In this document: one piece after another, positions 10,601 through 20,631 of the stretch
How the letters are laid out: every line of letters starts with the position of its first letter
Numbering within the stretch: the stretch's first letter is position 1
Assembly (NCBI GenBank): GCA_020696385.1
Contig: JAEHCQ010000006.1
Location: 64,001 to 128,000, forward strand
Direction of reading: 5' to 3'
DNA length: 64,000 nt
Source of the DNA: Methanobacteriota archaeon
GTDB taxonomy: Archaea > Thermoplasmatota > Thermoplasmata > SG8-5 > JAGLSY01
Made by a program: the position numbers and the translations under genes
Notes under the pieces: generated by a model
Database searches by the model: none
Told to the model about the DNA's origin: nothing
The model's input: the letters and a program-made list of their open reading frames with translations, nothing else

Positions 10601-13600
10601 CGTGTCATAGTATGAGTAGGTGACTTCCACATCTGCTCCATCTTGCGGCGCTGAAAGGAAATCTAATTGTCCAACTATTGGGTCGAAGACATATCTTCCA
10701 TAGCTGTAATCGATCTCAAAGAAATCCCCCGATTTCAGACCTGTGTAATTATAGTATGCTACTACTCTGTCCCCAGGTGCCATGACCCAGTTGTTAAGAG
10801 TTATGTCTCCAGTAACTGTATCTATTTTGTAATTAAGAACCCCATCAGTATCTGACTTTACCAATTTGAAGACACCGCTGGTATTCTCGTAGTAGAATGT
10901 ATTTGGTGCTGAATTTCCTATGGCATTCAAGTTATCATAGAGTACGGAGAACGAATCCTGGCCAGCACTGGCAGAATCAACCACTACCTCATTCTTTACT
11001 TCATTGAAGGTGTTCAGTTTTATCTTTCCTTCTATAGTTCCAGAATAATCGTAGTATGAATGAACAATCTCTCCGGCTCCAAGGGTCCAGCCATTAAGGG
11101 TTACCAAACCTGTATTGTAATTGATATTATAATTAGGTGATCCCGCGCTGGCACTCTCAATCATCGTGGTCCATACACCTGCATTTTGAAGATACAGAGT
11201 ATTGCCGGTGGTTGTCGATATTCCTTTATTTACCAGATTGAATTCGCTTTCTCCTCCTACGGCTGTAATGCTGATCTCATCCTTGACTGGTATCTGAGCC
11301 ATAAAGTATTGAAGCCCATCTGTCAAAGCATTTCCATTCCTGTATACCTGGTATCCAAGACTATCAGTGATCGATTTTGCACTATTATACAAGTTGACAT
11401 TGGCTATCGTTAGCTCTGTGACACCAACAGCGTATGTTCCATAGTTGGCTGTCACGACCATACCCCAATCAAGGGTAGTTCCGAACAAAATATCACCTGT
11501 CTGAAGGTTCAATGTATAATCGATTCCCTCGATCAGCAGTTCACCGTCAATGAACACAGTATAAGTTCCCGGTCCGATCTCGTATCCTGCTTCGAACGTA
11601 TCAATGTTGGCAGTTGTGGTGCTATTATCTTCTGCGATCAAGATCTCCTGATTTAAATACTCTCTACTATTATTCAATATTATCTCTCTGGATACTGTAT
11701 TGAACTTGGACAGAGCAATTCCATCCTCCTTCGTCACAAATGAATCCGGTATGATATTGGTATGTGAAAGCGTGAATTCAGTCTTTTTCGTTATGTTTGT
11801 GTATTCGACTCCGTATTCGTACTCTACGCACACTGAAGCTCCTTCAGGGATTCCACTTTCAAGCTCATAAGCTGCGGATGTATTGAAGGTGATGACTCCA
11901 GTATCATAATTTACATCATACCAGGATTCATTAGTGATTGGCAAAGTTCCATTGTAATAATTTGTGGAATTATAGCTGTACCAAGCGTATAGATAATCAC
12001 CAATCTCGAAGTCCCAGTCGAGAGTGAAAATACCCGTATTGTAGTCGAATGAAGCCCAGCCATTGTCCCATGTATCATCAACAGAGCCGTTGAGTGTTCC
12101 AGGGGCTCCAAGGTAATACCAGGCGCCATATGTGTACACATAAAATACTTCAGTACCAGGAACGATATTTTCATGGTCAAGTAGTACCGAAGTGAACCCT
12201 CCTGTTGCAGAGTTCTCAAGGACTGCTTCGTTGGTGATATTATATGTGTTATGATAAGTGTATGATACGTTATCCAAAGCAACACTTGTTACGTTATTCA
12301 AACTTCCATAAACCTCATAGTATGGGACATGATCTAGTGTGAACTCCGTCTGGTTGAATGTTGCATTGGAAGTAGACAAATGCGTCTCATTTGATATTGT
12401 GTAGTTCAAGGATGTGAACGAAAATGAATCAACACCGACAAAGTTCTCAACAGCATTCATTGCTGGCTTATCACCGAATTCGAAATTCGGGTTGTTTGCT
12501 GCAACATTGATGACCATTGGAATAACAGTGGTCTTTCCAACATTTGTTGTTGATGTTATTGCTCCCTCGTATGAACCGACACCTTCTGCTATTGCCTTTG
12601 CACTGTCAAGTGTGGCTGTGAAGGTTCCAGATGCTCCTGCTGGGATCGTCAATGCGCTATCTGAAAGTGTTACCCAGTCCCATGTTTGTCTTGAATAGTA
12701 CTCTGCTTTTATGAATATATCCAATTCTTCTGCGAGTGCCGCCATGTTACGGCTCCATATAGCAATTCCATCATGTATCCTGTTATTGTCGCTTTGATCA
12801 TGTACTCTACATTCCAGAACATTTCCACCTATGAATGCTCCTGACATTCTGTTCCTCTCTGCAAATAAGACTGGTGGATTATCGTATGGTCCTGCATTCA
12901 GATCACCATTCAGCTTTCCATCGCCATTCTCATCGGTCCAGTCATATAGTTCCAGCCAATAATCTGATGAAGTCGAGTATTGTGTTATCTTGACCAGATC
13001 TGTGCTTGTCCAGAGGCTGTTATCGACTTCGCTTATAAGTTCTCCATCTGGTGTGTAGAATCCAGTCTCATTCAATATGGTCCATCCATGGCCATAATCT
13101 GCATCTCTTGTTATGGTAGCGATCCCTTCTCCTGCCTTGAGTATCTCTCCTGCCATCAGATCGACATCGATACTGTTTGATAGGTCATGATTGTCAATGG
13201 TGAAGGTCTGTTCCAGATTCTCAGGGAGTGTATTCTCACTCACTAATTTGGCGAAGGCATCATACCTTTCTCCACCATAATCGCCAGGTACCCATGATGT
13301 TGGTGTTATAACTGAACCACCCATGTTTGATGCGATCTTGGCAGATTCCATAACGTCAACAAATCCAGCTCCCTGTGAGAGCACATCATAATCGATATCC
13401 TCTGCTCCAGACATTAGAATTGAACGTGCTGTTTCTATGTCCAGTGGATTGGTATGTGTGTCATCATATGCATCAGCTATTACTGCAATAGCAGCTGCCA
13501 GGTTTGAACTTGTCAATGCCTGACCAGACCAAATATTGACCGTGTCTGTGTAAACCGCATTTGGGCCTCTGTCATATTCTGCCCAGAGAGGTTCTGATAC

Positions 13601-16600
13601 GAATCCGAAGTAAGCTCCAGAAGCAACAACATCTGGCTTTGGATTTCCCATCATTGTCGGTCCCCTTCCGGAGACTGTGATTATATCACCATATGATGGA
13701 TTGGGTCCGCTATCCTGCTCTTCGACTATCCTGTAGAAGAAGTCAGTTGATAAACCAGCTGTGATAACTCCTGGTGCTGATCCAGGTGAGGAAACAGTTC
13801 CATATCCAGAGCCTGCACCACCTGATGTGGCTGTGAATATTGTCTTTCCATCTCCATATTCTGTGGCTAACCAGTCAACATATCTTGATGTGAAATCTCC
13901 ACCTGCTTCATAAGCACTTGTGGCCAGGGAACTACTGTATATATCTGCTTCATCGCCAGTTCCTGGAATTCCATCATAACCTTCTATAGCAAAGATCATA
14001 CCATCGTACATTGGATCAGTTATGCCTATTATTTTTGCATCTGGTGAAATTCCCAGGCAGGGCTTGACATTTATGTCGTTCCTGTGGTTTAATAATCCTT
14101 GCCCGGCTACTGCCGAGGCTCGAGATGTTCCTGCTGTCAGATCAAGTGCGTACTCACCATACATGGCAACCATCTCACCGTTCAAAGGAATGACATTATC
14201 AACACCGCTCCTTTCGGCAAGTCTTTCTGAATATGGTATTGGTAATCCATCATATTCATAGCTGATCGTAATGGCATTTCCAGTCTGGTTACTCGAGAAT
14301 GTTATGACAACCTCTTCAGAGTTCTGATAGTCAACTGTGTAATTACCGGACTCATCAACTAATAGTCCATCGATGTGAACCTCCCAGGAATTGTTCATAA
14401 CTCCAACATTGCCAAGCACGGCAGTTGTTCCTGTATCAAGGGTTAATGCTTCATCAGTAACAACACTTGCCTGACTGATATAGTATATCATACCTCCAGA
14501 TCTGTCTGCCAGACCATTTCCATCCATGTCTCTCCAGGATATCTCGTCACCCATCACACAAGCCTTTTCATCTGTGAAGTCTTGGTCATAATCCAGATCC
14601 ACATAGACAGTATCATAAACACTATCTATAGTGGAATCCACAAGAAGTACCTTGGAGTAATTGAATATTTGGCCAGAATAATTGTTCACGTATGTAGCCA
14701 GGTTCTCATCCATCAGAGTTCCAAGCCTGTAAACACCACTTACACTATCGATTCCAGTAACTGTGTATGCTGTCTTGATCACTGTTGGGTTAATAGTACC
14801 AATAGATTCAATATCTGCATCCACGAAGTCATTTTGATAATGTGCTTTCACGTATCTGATTTCATACTTAGTAACTGTTCCGACATTTCCATCGTCACCT
14901 GGTGCTGCCCAAGTAAGGTCTACTGTACCATCCCGACTTGTTGCGGTAGCAGTAAGGCTGATAGCATCTGGTGCTACATCATCGACCCTTGCAGTTCCAT
15001 TTGGTGAGTTTGATACGAGAGGGTTGTTCATACTCATCTCATCCTTTGCTATTAATGCAAAGAAATATTTGACGCCCTCATCAAAACCTGCGCCACTGAA
15101 ATTAAGGTATACATGGTCGCCACCTACAGGAACAAAGCCAAAGGTTGCCTCAAAGTTGGACTGGACGATAGACGCTCTCTGAGACACTGGTGTTGAACCC
15201 CATGTCGCATCTGTTACTGGGGCTGTATCATATCTGATCTCATAATTTTTAACCGAGCCTACCATTCCATCATCTCCTGGTGATATCCAGTCGAGCATTA
15301 TTTGTCCATGGTTATCGCTCTGCCCTACGTTAAGAGTGGTCACTGCGGGTCCAATGATATCATTCTGGACTATTGCATTATCGCAGTTTGATACAGAGGC
15401 ATTATTATCTCCATCATCTGCCTGGATCGCAAAGTAATAATCTATTCCTGCCGGTGGAGCAGACCAAACGGCTCCATCTGTTGTTCCTATGATAAGGGAT
15501 TGGAATGAACCACCTTTAAGTGGTGCGTCAACTGAGAAGTCTCTTGAGTACGTTCCAGATACACCATAATCAGATACAGTGTCTGGAATTGTATCCCAAT
15601 TTGTTTCATCTATTGTTGATGTGTAGTATTTCACAATATATTCCTGTGCCCATCCAACCATGCCATCATCTCCTGGTGCGGTGAAATTGAGATAAACAGT
15701 TCCGTGATCTGGGCCAGTTTCGACATTAAGGTCAGTGATCTGTGCTGGCTTGATAGTGTCGCTCGCTCTTGATACTGCTGAGCCATTGGGGTTTGAAATT
15801 GCTCCCATATTACCCGCTATATCAATTGCTATTATGGAGAAATAGTAAGTTGTGCCTGATAGGGGCATCATAAGAGTGTAGTTCTCAGTACTTCCTACGG
15901 ATTTAGGGTTCCAGTTCAATGAATCTGCATAAACTGTAGCGGCCTGGAACTCTGTATCATTTGTGATGTCGCTGGTACTGTATCTCAGCTCATAGCTGTC
16001 TGTATCTGTTATTGCAGTCCACTCTAAATATACTTGAGTGGAATTAGCTCCAGGGTATGCGGTTGGATCGATTCTTGCTGGTGCTATAATATCATCTGTG
16101 ACAGCTGCATTGTCTGTATTTGATACTTCTCCTGCATTACCTGCTTCATCAACAGCAACTATAGCGAAATAATAATCAGTGCCAATATCAAGTCCTGTCA
16201 AAGTATATGTTTCGACCAGGTTTGCATCTTTTGGCATCCATGTCTGCACATACTCATCGGCTAAGTAATCAAAGCATACCCAGTTGGTGATCGGGTCTTC
16301 AGAGTATTTTATGACATAATTTGTTGCAGTTCCTACGTCTGCATCATCTCCTGTTGCTGTCCAGCTTAGGTCCACTGTGCCGTGTATAACTCCATCTGTT
16401 GCCATAAAGTCAGTGATCTGGTCTGGTGCTGTGGTGTCCTCATTGGTCATTGCATCTGGGTTGTTTGAGAAATCACCATGGTTATTTGCTTCGTCTGTTG
16501 CTACTATATTGAAAAGGTAGTTTGTGTTTGCATCTAATCCCGTAACTGTGTAACTCTCTGCACCGCCTACGGATGTTGGAATGTATCCATTTGATTCTTT

Positions 16601-17875
16601 CAGAACTATGCGCTGTGAGTCAGGAACATTATCCCATGTGAAATATATGTATGATACTTCGATCTTGTTGACGAGGATAGAGGGAGAAAAAGAGATCTCG
16701 CCAAGATCATAGTTCACTGAATAAGCTGCTCCTGGAACTTCGACACCATCTGCATAAACTACGATACTGCCGATCTTCACGCTGCCATGACTCAATTTTG
16801 TGGATAATTTGACTTCTGCAGAATCACTGCTGAATGTGAGTTCCTTGATAACAGGAACTTCAATGTCCAGTTCAGGGTTATTTGGTGTGGAATATACGGT
16901 TGCTGTTTCATTTGTGCTCACATACCAGGTATCGGTTGTTTCGCCAGTATCAAGGTATGTGCTCATAGAATTGTAGTCGAACACAATTGGCCATCCAGCA
17001 TAGGGTGAATTGAATTGATAATCTGCTGTTACGATATCTCCCAATTCCAAAGCTGGTGTGAATGCGATAATGCCAGTATCAAGATCAAGTGTGTAATCTG
17101 TACCAGAGGTGATGGCTGTACCGTTCACGTAAATCGCGAATGTTCCAGGCATTATTCCACCAGATGATAATGATGTCTCATTCTCTCCACCAACTGCTTC
17201 CAGTATGGTCTCTCCAATTGCTTTTAGAGTGGCTGGAACTCTTGCCTGTGTGCCTTGAAGATCAGGGTGACCGAAATCTATCCCGCCTTCTGGTATAGCA
17301 ACATTTGAGCCAGTGCCTATGTAACCAGCAACCCAGGCATCCTGTGCATAGTGTTGCTTAGAGTCATACAATGATGCAGGTGAATTACCATTATCATTTC
17401 CATTGGCAAACAGGTTCTTCTCTTCTGGGTTTGTCATATCTAGTGATGTGTCTGGGTAAGCATAAACTCCATACACTCCAGAAAGACCTGCAATCTCATC
17501 CAGGCTGTTCAATGGGACGTCAAGAACATGGGTCATGAGCATGTTCTCATCTCCAGTATTCTTTGTGCCAAGAAGACCTTTGTATTCATATTTAGCAAGA
17601 GCAGTAGCCAGTTGTGCAGTATCTGTTGTGGCGACTATGACCTTGGTCATGCCCTTTGTGCCTTCTTTCATGAATTCTCCCAGGGCTGGATCTATCTTGG
17701 AAGATATATCACCAGCTAGGGTAGTGTCATCTACGATCTCATCGATCAGGTTGTCTATAAGCCCGTCAGATGTGGCATCATTGGTCATAAGGTTGCCCAT
17801 TGATCCAAATGCAGATAGCACGAACAGCCAAACTATACATACGCTCAAATATTTCTTTGTCTTGGTTTCAGACAT
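7673..17875 (-). CDS. Giant (3400 aa) membrane-anchored S8 subtilase-like surface protein, probably catalytically inactive, with FN3 and Ig-like repeats
   Basis: Signal peptide; subtilase framework (GIDFGHPDL, SGRGP..GNPKPDVVASG, QGAGFVD); FN3 repeats (WTAPGDDG...YYFAI.A.D); Ig/glucodextranase-like C-terminal repeats; TM helix; acidic tail ending in a SHOCT-like LRQAFEDGKISEELFEK. Confidence 0.85.
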   Translation of the reverse strand: MSETKTKKYLSVCIVWLFVLSAFGSMGNLMTNDATSDGLIDNLIDEIVDDTTLAGDISSKIDPALGEFMKEGTKGMTKVIVATTDTAQLATALAKYEYKGLLGTKNTGDENMLMTHVLDVPLNSLDEIAGLSGVYGVYAYPDTSLDMTNPEEKNLFANGNDNGNSPASLYDSKQHYAQDAWVAGYIGTGSNVAIPEGGIDFGHPDLQGTQARVPATLKAIGETILEAVGGENETSLSSGGIMPGTFAIYVNGTAITSGTDYTLDLDTGIIAFTPALELGDIVTADYQFNSPYAGWPIVFDYNSMSTYLDTGETTDTWYVSTNETATVYSTPNNPELDIEVPVIKELTFSSDSAEVKLSTKLSHGSVKIGSIVVYADGVEVPGAAYSVNYDLGEISFSPSILVNKIEVSYIYFTWDNVPDSQRIVLKESNGYIPTSVGGAESYTVTGLDANTNYLFNIVATDEANNHGDFSNNPDAMTNEDTTAPDQITDFMATDGVIHGTVDLSWTATGDDADVGTATNYVIKYSEDPITNWVCFDYLADEYVQTWMPKDANLVETYTLTGLDIGTDYYFAIVAVDEAGNAGEVSNTDNAAVTDDIIAPARIDPTAYPGANSTQVYLEWTAITDTDSYELRYSTSDITNDTEFQAATVYADSLNWNPKSVGSTENYTLMMPLSGTTYYFSIIAIDIAGNMGAISNPNGSAVSRASDTIKPAQITDLNVETGPDHGTVYLNFTAPGDDGMVGWAQEYIVKYYTSTIDETNWDTIPDTVSDYGVSGTYSRDFSVDAPLKGGSFQSLIIGTTDGAVWSAPPAGIDYYFAIQADDGDNNASVSNCDNAIVQNDIIGPAVTTLNVGQSDNHGQIMLDWISPGDDGMVGSVKNYEIRYDTAPVTDATWGSTPVSQRASIVQSNFEATFGFVPVGGDHVYLNFSGAGFDEGVKYFFALIAKDEMSMNNPLVSNSPNGTARVDDVAPDAISLTATATSRDGTVDLTWAAPGDDGNVGTVTKYEIRYVKAHYQNDFVDADIESIGTINPTVIKTAYTVTGIDSVSGVYRLGTLMDENLATYVNNYSGQIFNYSKVLLVDSTIDSVYDTVYVDLDYDQDFTDEKACVMGDEISWRDMDGNGLADRSGGMIYYISQASVVTDEALTLDTGTTAVLGNVGVMNNSWEVHIDGLLVDESGNYTVDYQNSEEVVITFSSNQTGNAITISYEYDGLPIPYSERLAERSGVDNVIPLNGEMVAMYGEYALDLTAGTSRASAVAGQGLLNHRNDINVKPCLGISPDAKIIGITDPMYDGMIFAIEGYDGIPGTGDEADIYSSSLATSAYEAGGDFTSRYVDWLATEYGDGKTIFTATSGGAGSGYGTVSSPGSAPGVITAGLSTDFFYRIVEEQDSGPNPSYGDIITVSGRGPTMMGNPKPDVVASGAYFGFVSEPLWAEYDRGPNAVYTDTVNIWSGQALTSSNLAAAIAVIADAYDDTHTNPLDIETARSILMSGAEDIDYDVLSQGAGFVDVMESAKIASNMGGSVITPTSWVPGDYGGERYDAFAKLVSENTLPENLEQTFTIDNHDLSNSIDVDLMAGEILKAGEGIATITRDADYGHGWTILNETGFYTPDGELISEVDNSLWTSTDLVKITQYSTSSDYWLELYDWTDENGDGKLNGDLNAGPYDNPPVLFAERNRMSGAFIGGNVLECRVHDQSDNNRIHDGIAIWSRNMAALAEELDIFIKAEYYSRQTWDWVTLSDSALTIPAGASGTFTATLDSAKAIAEGVGSYEGAITSTTNVGKTTVIPMVINVAANNPNFEFGDKPAMNAVENFVGVDSFSFTSLNYTISNETHLSTSNATFNQTEFTLDHVPYYEVYGSLNNVTSVALDNVSYTYHNTYNITNEAVLENSATGGFTSVLLDHENIVPGTEVFYVYTYGAWYYLGAPGTLNGSVDDTWDNGWASFDYNTGIFTLDWDFEIGDYLYAWYSYNSTNYYNGTLPITNESWYDVNYDTGVITFNTSAAYELESGIPEGASVCVEYEYGVEYTNITKKTEFTLSHTNIIPDSFVTKEDGIALSKFNTVSREIILNNSREYLNQEILIAEDNSTTTANIDTFEAGYEIGPGTYTVFIDGELLIEGIDYTLNLQTGDILFGTTLDWGMVVTANYGTYAVGVTELTIANVNLYNSAKSITDSLGYQVYRNGNALTDGLQYFMAQIPVKDEISITAVGGESEFNLVNKGISTTTGNTLYLQNAGVWTTMIESASAGSPNYNINYNTGLVTLNGWTLGAGEIVHSYYDYSGTIEGKIKLNTFNEVKNEVVVDSASAGQDSFSVLYDNLNAIGNSAPNTFYYENTSGVFKLVKSDTDGVLNYKIDTVTGDITLNNWVMAPGDRVVAYYNYTGLKSGDFFEIDYSYGRYVFDPIVGQLDFLSAPQDGADVEVTYSYYDTNRLFDPAMMLSGYDGAGGKAGDWRFYYVDIPDQGTFTDSNTKLLINAEWWKGQTDIDAFAFGALTIVNPESGDTFTGDRYGPHGLQLNGGSTETATFFTSSGGPLEYSAPDIGAGLNVIALHNVHMNGTSDLEPIKGRVGTYSLDSDKISIVTNELAGTASVSGVSNIDLGGHFGGVAAGPSAPVSYKDLEVWEDDPDWSNYDTFEDQLASGNTTIEVTLKDCLIFDVHIYGHDNAPDLDLGVFYDENGDGKAEGEEGFAIGADFDADEQVKLIGPPDGNYIIIIYGFALKTIPAHFDIDITNVQGLGFGVEGEGVDLTPDNPDQWKSDTPLSAYTTSKLDLGYDLPSAKEGVTLQGALYIGPGEAPFTMLLPIDLRYDTIAPTSSGFGPGDGEVMRDSNPIITANFKDDFGELVPDSPKMIVDGVDVTPQASTNVPFVDDLDSTAPSPVQGFPLGTISYSSPSEMDDGIHSVEASIMDQAGNTFTESWTFLIDSGLPSLNVKTPETNTEYTTDDHYEISGLIETDATLDIFGVEVEHVNVANGEFSAYVILEDGKNMITISAIDLAGNKAEVRRTIVLDLNMPVFEGFVSEEGSRTNKDKITITGEVDESGYMTINGKEITVNSDGSFSTVVDLLEGENVLHLLFMDMAGNTIDDWLNITLDKTMPMITLDELPTEVHTDNFTFSAEIDEEELKIGGVLVNGKQVTVDSTRGISEFERTVFLSYGLNTIVIEVEDKAGNIVELRHTVELTPEESTNYGAIGMMIVLLIVGLVVGMFIAMMIWKDTPESEEYTPAQVTSIEDDELHGGDELDGDMTDDEYLPEDEIPQDIDGMEEPPIPEEGMSPEEIGDSIIDDEVPEDIDNMEEPPIPEEEMSPEEIGDSIIDDEIPEDSDVDISEDISSEMETENIETESDINAEPEITDEVEPDIETEEAIDSTLEAPEEDERVLRLRQAFEDGKISEELFEKNLAKLKEN
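7932..8131. repeat. 93-bp (31-aa) tandem duplication in the acidic tail of the giant protein
   Basis: Units start at 7932 and 8025 and encode ID(G/N)MEEPPIPEE(G/E)MSPEEIGDSIIDDE(V/I)PED twice, plus a partial third unit. Confidence 0.9.
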
Positions 17876-18144
17876 AATGTTCCCTCTCTCTCACTTTATT
17901 ACTTTATTAAATTTGTAATAAGATATTGTATTGGGGATACACTAAGTATATTTATACATTACTCTTTTCATATACTATTACTTTATAAATGGTGGATAGT
18001 AATGGCTGAGTAATAGCCTCTCTGTTTTTCTCTCTGTTTTAACATATATCATTACGCTATTTTTCAGTAATGAATTCTATTTAGGTCTGTGTATTTTTCC
18101 ATATTATTCTATGTTTGAAAATATGATAGATCCCAATGATCATA

Positions 18145-20316
18145 TCAACTATCTTTTTTTGGCTTTTTTTCATTACCTTTTCCACGTTTTTTAACGGCGT
18201 AAAATATCGTAATAAATATACTGCCTATCAGAACCAAAAGTGCAAGAATTTTGTAGGGGGGCCATGGATTTATTTCATCAATTGTATAATCTATATCATA
18301 TATAATTCCATTTTCACCATATTCTTGCGTCATTATGACGGCTGTATAGTTCCCCGGAACTCCGTCAAGGGGGACATAGTATTTGCCAGACCATTTCCCG
18401 GATGAGCTCTTCTTCAGATTCACGACCTTGCCATCTGCCATATTGACCTGCACTCCCTCCGTCCCAGGGCTTGCTGGAACATTGAATTCAAGGGTCTGTC
18501 CGAAGAACCCATTATATTTATCGCTTTTTGGATATAATATTATCCACGACGATATTGAATCTATGAACTCAATGGTGCCCTCCTCTCCGTAATGATTATT
18601 GGTGAATGGGTCTGTATCCGATATGCCCATGACATTGTTGTCGTACATGCAGAAATCAGCATTGCTGTAGTCCTGCGAATCCTTTTCATAGCCATCTCTG
18701 GCCCCCACATCTAGCCTTTCTCCCCAGGCAGTGGAAGATGCCTCGGCCAAAACGGTCATGTTCGCTTCACTCAATAATATCCCGCTCTTATAGGCTTTCA
18801 TATTGAATCCATAACTGTGTGATATGGATGGATTGAACCCTTCCGTAATCGAGTCAGGGGATGGGTCATAGATGGTATAATATGGAAATGATAGGCCGAA
18901 TTGGCTAGCATATTCATTGATCGGAGATTCCTTTGTTTCATGTAAATATTTATCGGGCCAGTCAATTAAATAGAGCAAAGTGTAAGAATCACTCATCAAG
19001 ATATATTTTGTATCCGGATCGATGGTGGTATTTGATGGCATCTGTAGTGGGTTGACGATCATGACCGCATCGTATTTCTTGTGGTCAATATCAAGGGCTG
19101 ATGAGAACACCCTGATCCCATTGTCCCTCATCCTCTTCGCCATTGAAAGCATGCCGCTGGGGCTATCATCTACATTTCTTGTGTGGCTTCTACCGTCAAA
19201 CAATACAGAGGCCATCGTCTTCTTTGGAATTGAGAGCAGGTACACGATCTTTGAGCTCTCACCTGTTCTGAACTCGATGAACCCGTCCTCTTGAATGGTC
19301 ACGTCATATACCCACCGACCATCATTTCCATTGTCCTCGGCCTGGCCGATCTCCCCACCCTCGATCCTTACGTCTAATGCCACACCTTCCGTCACTGTGA
19401 CATTCAGCCTGAACTCCTCAGCGGTGATCAGGTCGTATTCGGGTATGATCTTGTGCTCATTGGTATTCTCTTTGCCGCTCAGCCACTTGAATATACTGAG
19501 GGTGAATTCGGTGTCGTTCCCGTATTGCAGCCCAATGACCTCATCTCCATTCCATATGAACTCTGTGTCTGTGACCGCGATGATCCTTCCATCTCCATAA
19601 CTGGATGCAGCAACGATCGGGGCGTTTGGAGGGATGCCTACATCGGTTGTGTTCGCTATCGCGATCGCATTTCCGGACAAGTTCATTGAATTGGTGAAGT
19701 AAAGGCAGAAATCCTCAACGCCCAGGAATTTTGAATCGGCGATTGGCCAAATGGTATAATCTGGATGGGAGCTGCCTACATCATCGACCTCGTTTGAATT
19801 GAAATGGATACCAAAGTTCTCGGCCAGTGGATTTAAGAAGGCCGACGTATACCAAGATGTTGCTCCCTCCATCTCGTGCTCGCTCATGATAAGCAGGCCA
19901 CCGCCCCTCTCTGTGAAGTCAAGAATGGCCTGAATCTCCTCATCACGGAATGACTCCTGATATGCCATTCCCAGGACGAGCACATCACCTTCACCTTTAT
20001 CGACTATTGCATATTCCAGAGGGGCCGTGTTGGCACTGACTAAGTATCCCTCGCCCTCCAGTAAAATGGCAAGGTCAGAATAACCTATAAACCCTGTGTC
20101 CCAAAGCGACCACCATTGACGATGGCTTTCATCGAAGATTATCTCTTTGATGTCTGTATCAGTGATTGAATTGCGTACTCCTGTATCATTATGACCTTCG
20201 TAATGAGCGCTATCATTATTCACTGCCAATACTGGCATGATTAGAAAAAGTATGATCATCGCAGATAATAGACCAATTAAATATTCTTTCAAAGGCACCA
20301 TTACATCGTACAACAT
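18145..20316 (-). CDS. Secreted, C-terminally anchored protein with two DUF4350/GldG-like (class I GATase-like fold) domains
   Basis: Signal peptide; IIFDESH...SDLAILLEGEGY...ILDFTERGGGLLIMSEH...GDGRIIAVTD; second VLFDGRSH module; C-terminal TM helix and basic tail. Confidence 0.6.
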   Translation of the reverse strand: MLYDVMVPLKEYLIGLLSAMIILFLIMPVLAVNNDSAHYEGHNDTGVRNSITDTDIKEIIFDESHRQWWSLWDTGFIGYSDLAILLEGEGYLVSANTAPLEYAIVDKGEGDVLVLGMAYQESFRDEEIQAILDFTERGGGLLIMSEHEMEGATSWYTSAFLNPLAENFGIHFNSNEVDDVGSSHPDYTIWPIADSKFLGVEDFCLYFTNSMNLSGNAIAIANTTDVGIPPNAPIVAASSYGDGRIIAVTDTEFIWNGDEVIGLQYGNDTEFTLSIFKWLSGKENTNEHKIIPEYDLITAEEFRLNVTVTEGVALDVRIEGGEIGQAEDNGNDGRWVYDVTIQEDGFIEFRTGESSKIVYLLSIPKKTMASVLFDGRSHTRNVDDSPSGMLSMAKRMRDNGIRVFSSALDIDHKKYDAVMIVNPLQMPSNTTIDPDTKYILMSDSYTLLYLIDWPDKYLHETKESPINEYASQFGLSFPYYTIYDPSPDSITEGFNPSISHSYGFNMKAYKSGILLSEANMTVLAEASSTAWGERLDVGARDGYEKDSQDYSNADFCMYDNNVMGISDTDPFTNNHYGEEGTIEFIDSISSWIILYPKSDKYNGFFGQTLEFNVPASPGTEGVQVNMADGKVVNLKKSSSGKWSGKYYVPLDGVPGNYTAVIMTQEYGENGIIYDIDYTIDEINPWPPYKILALLVLIGSIFITIFYAVKKRGKGNEKKPKKDS

Positions 20317-20631
20317 AATGGGAGATAAGTATATTTCGGTAATATGAAATATCGTCGAAATCTATTCTGCATCTCTCTATATTTTAGAAAAGTAATTATA
20401 TATTAATTTTATTATTTAATATATTGAATTAATAGCTGTTTTTACTAATTATTTGAAGAAAATAGATATAAATAGCTTTAAATATATTAACTATAAAGTA
20501 CGCGAAAAGGTATAAATACCTGTACTTACATAATCTATTAACGATGTAGTATATGGTGTAAGTGGGCAAACACTACAACACATACTTATTACGAACCAAG
20601 ATGAAACGGAGAATTAAGAGGAGGAAACTGA

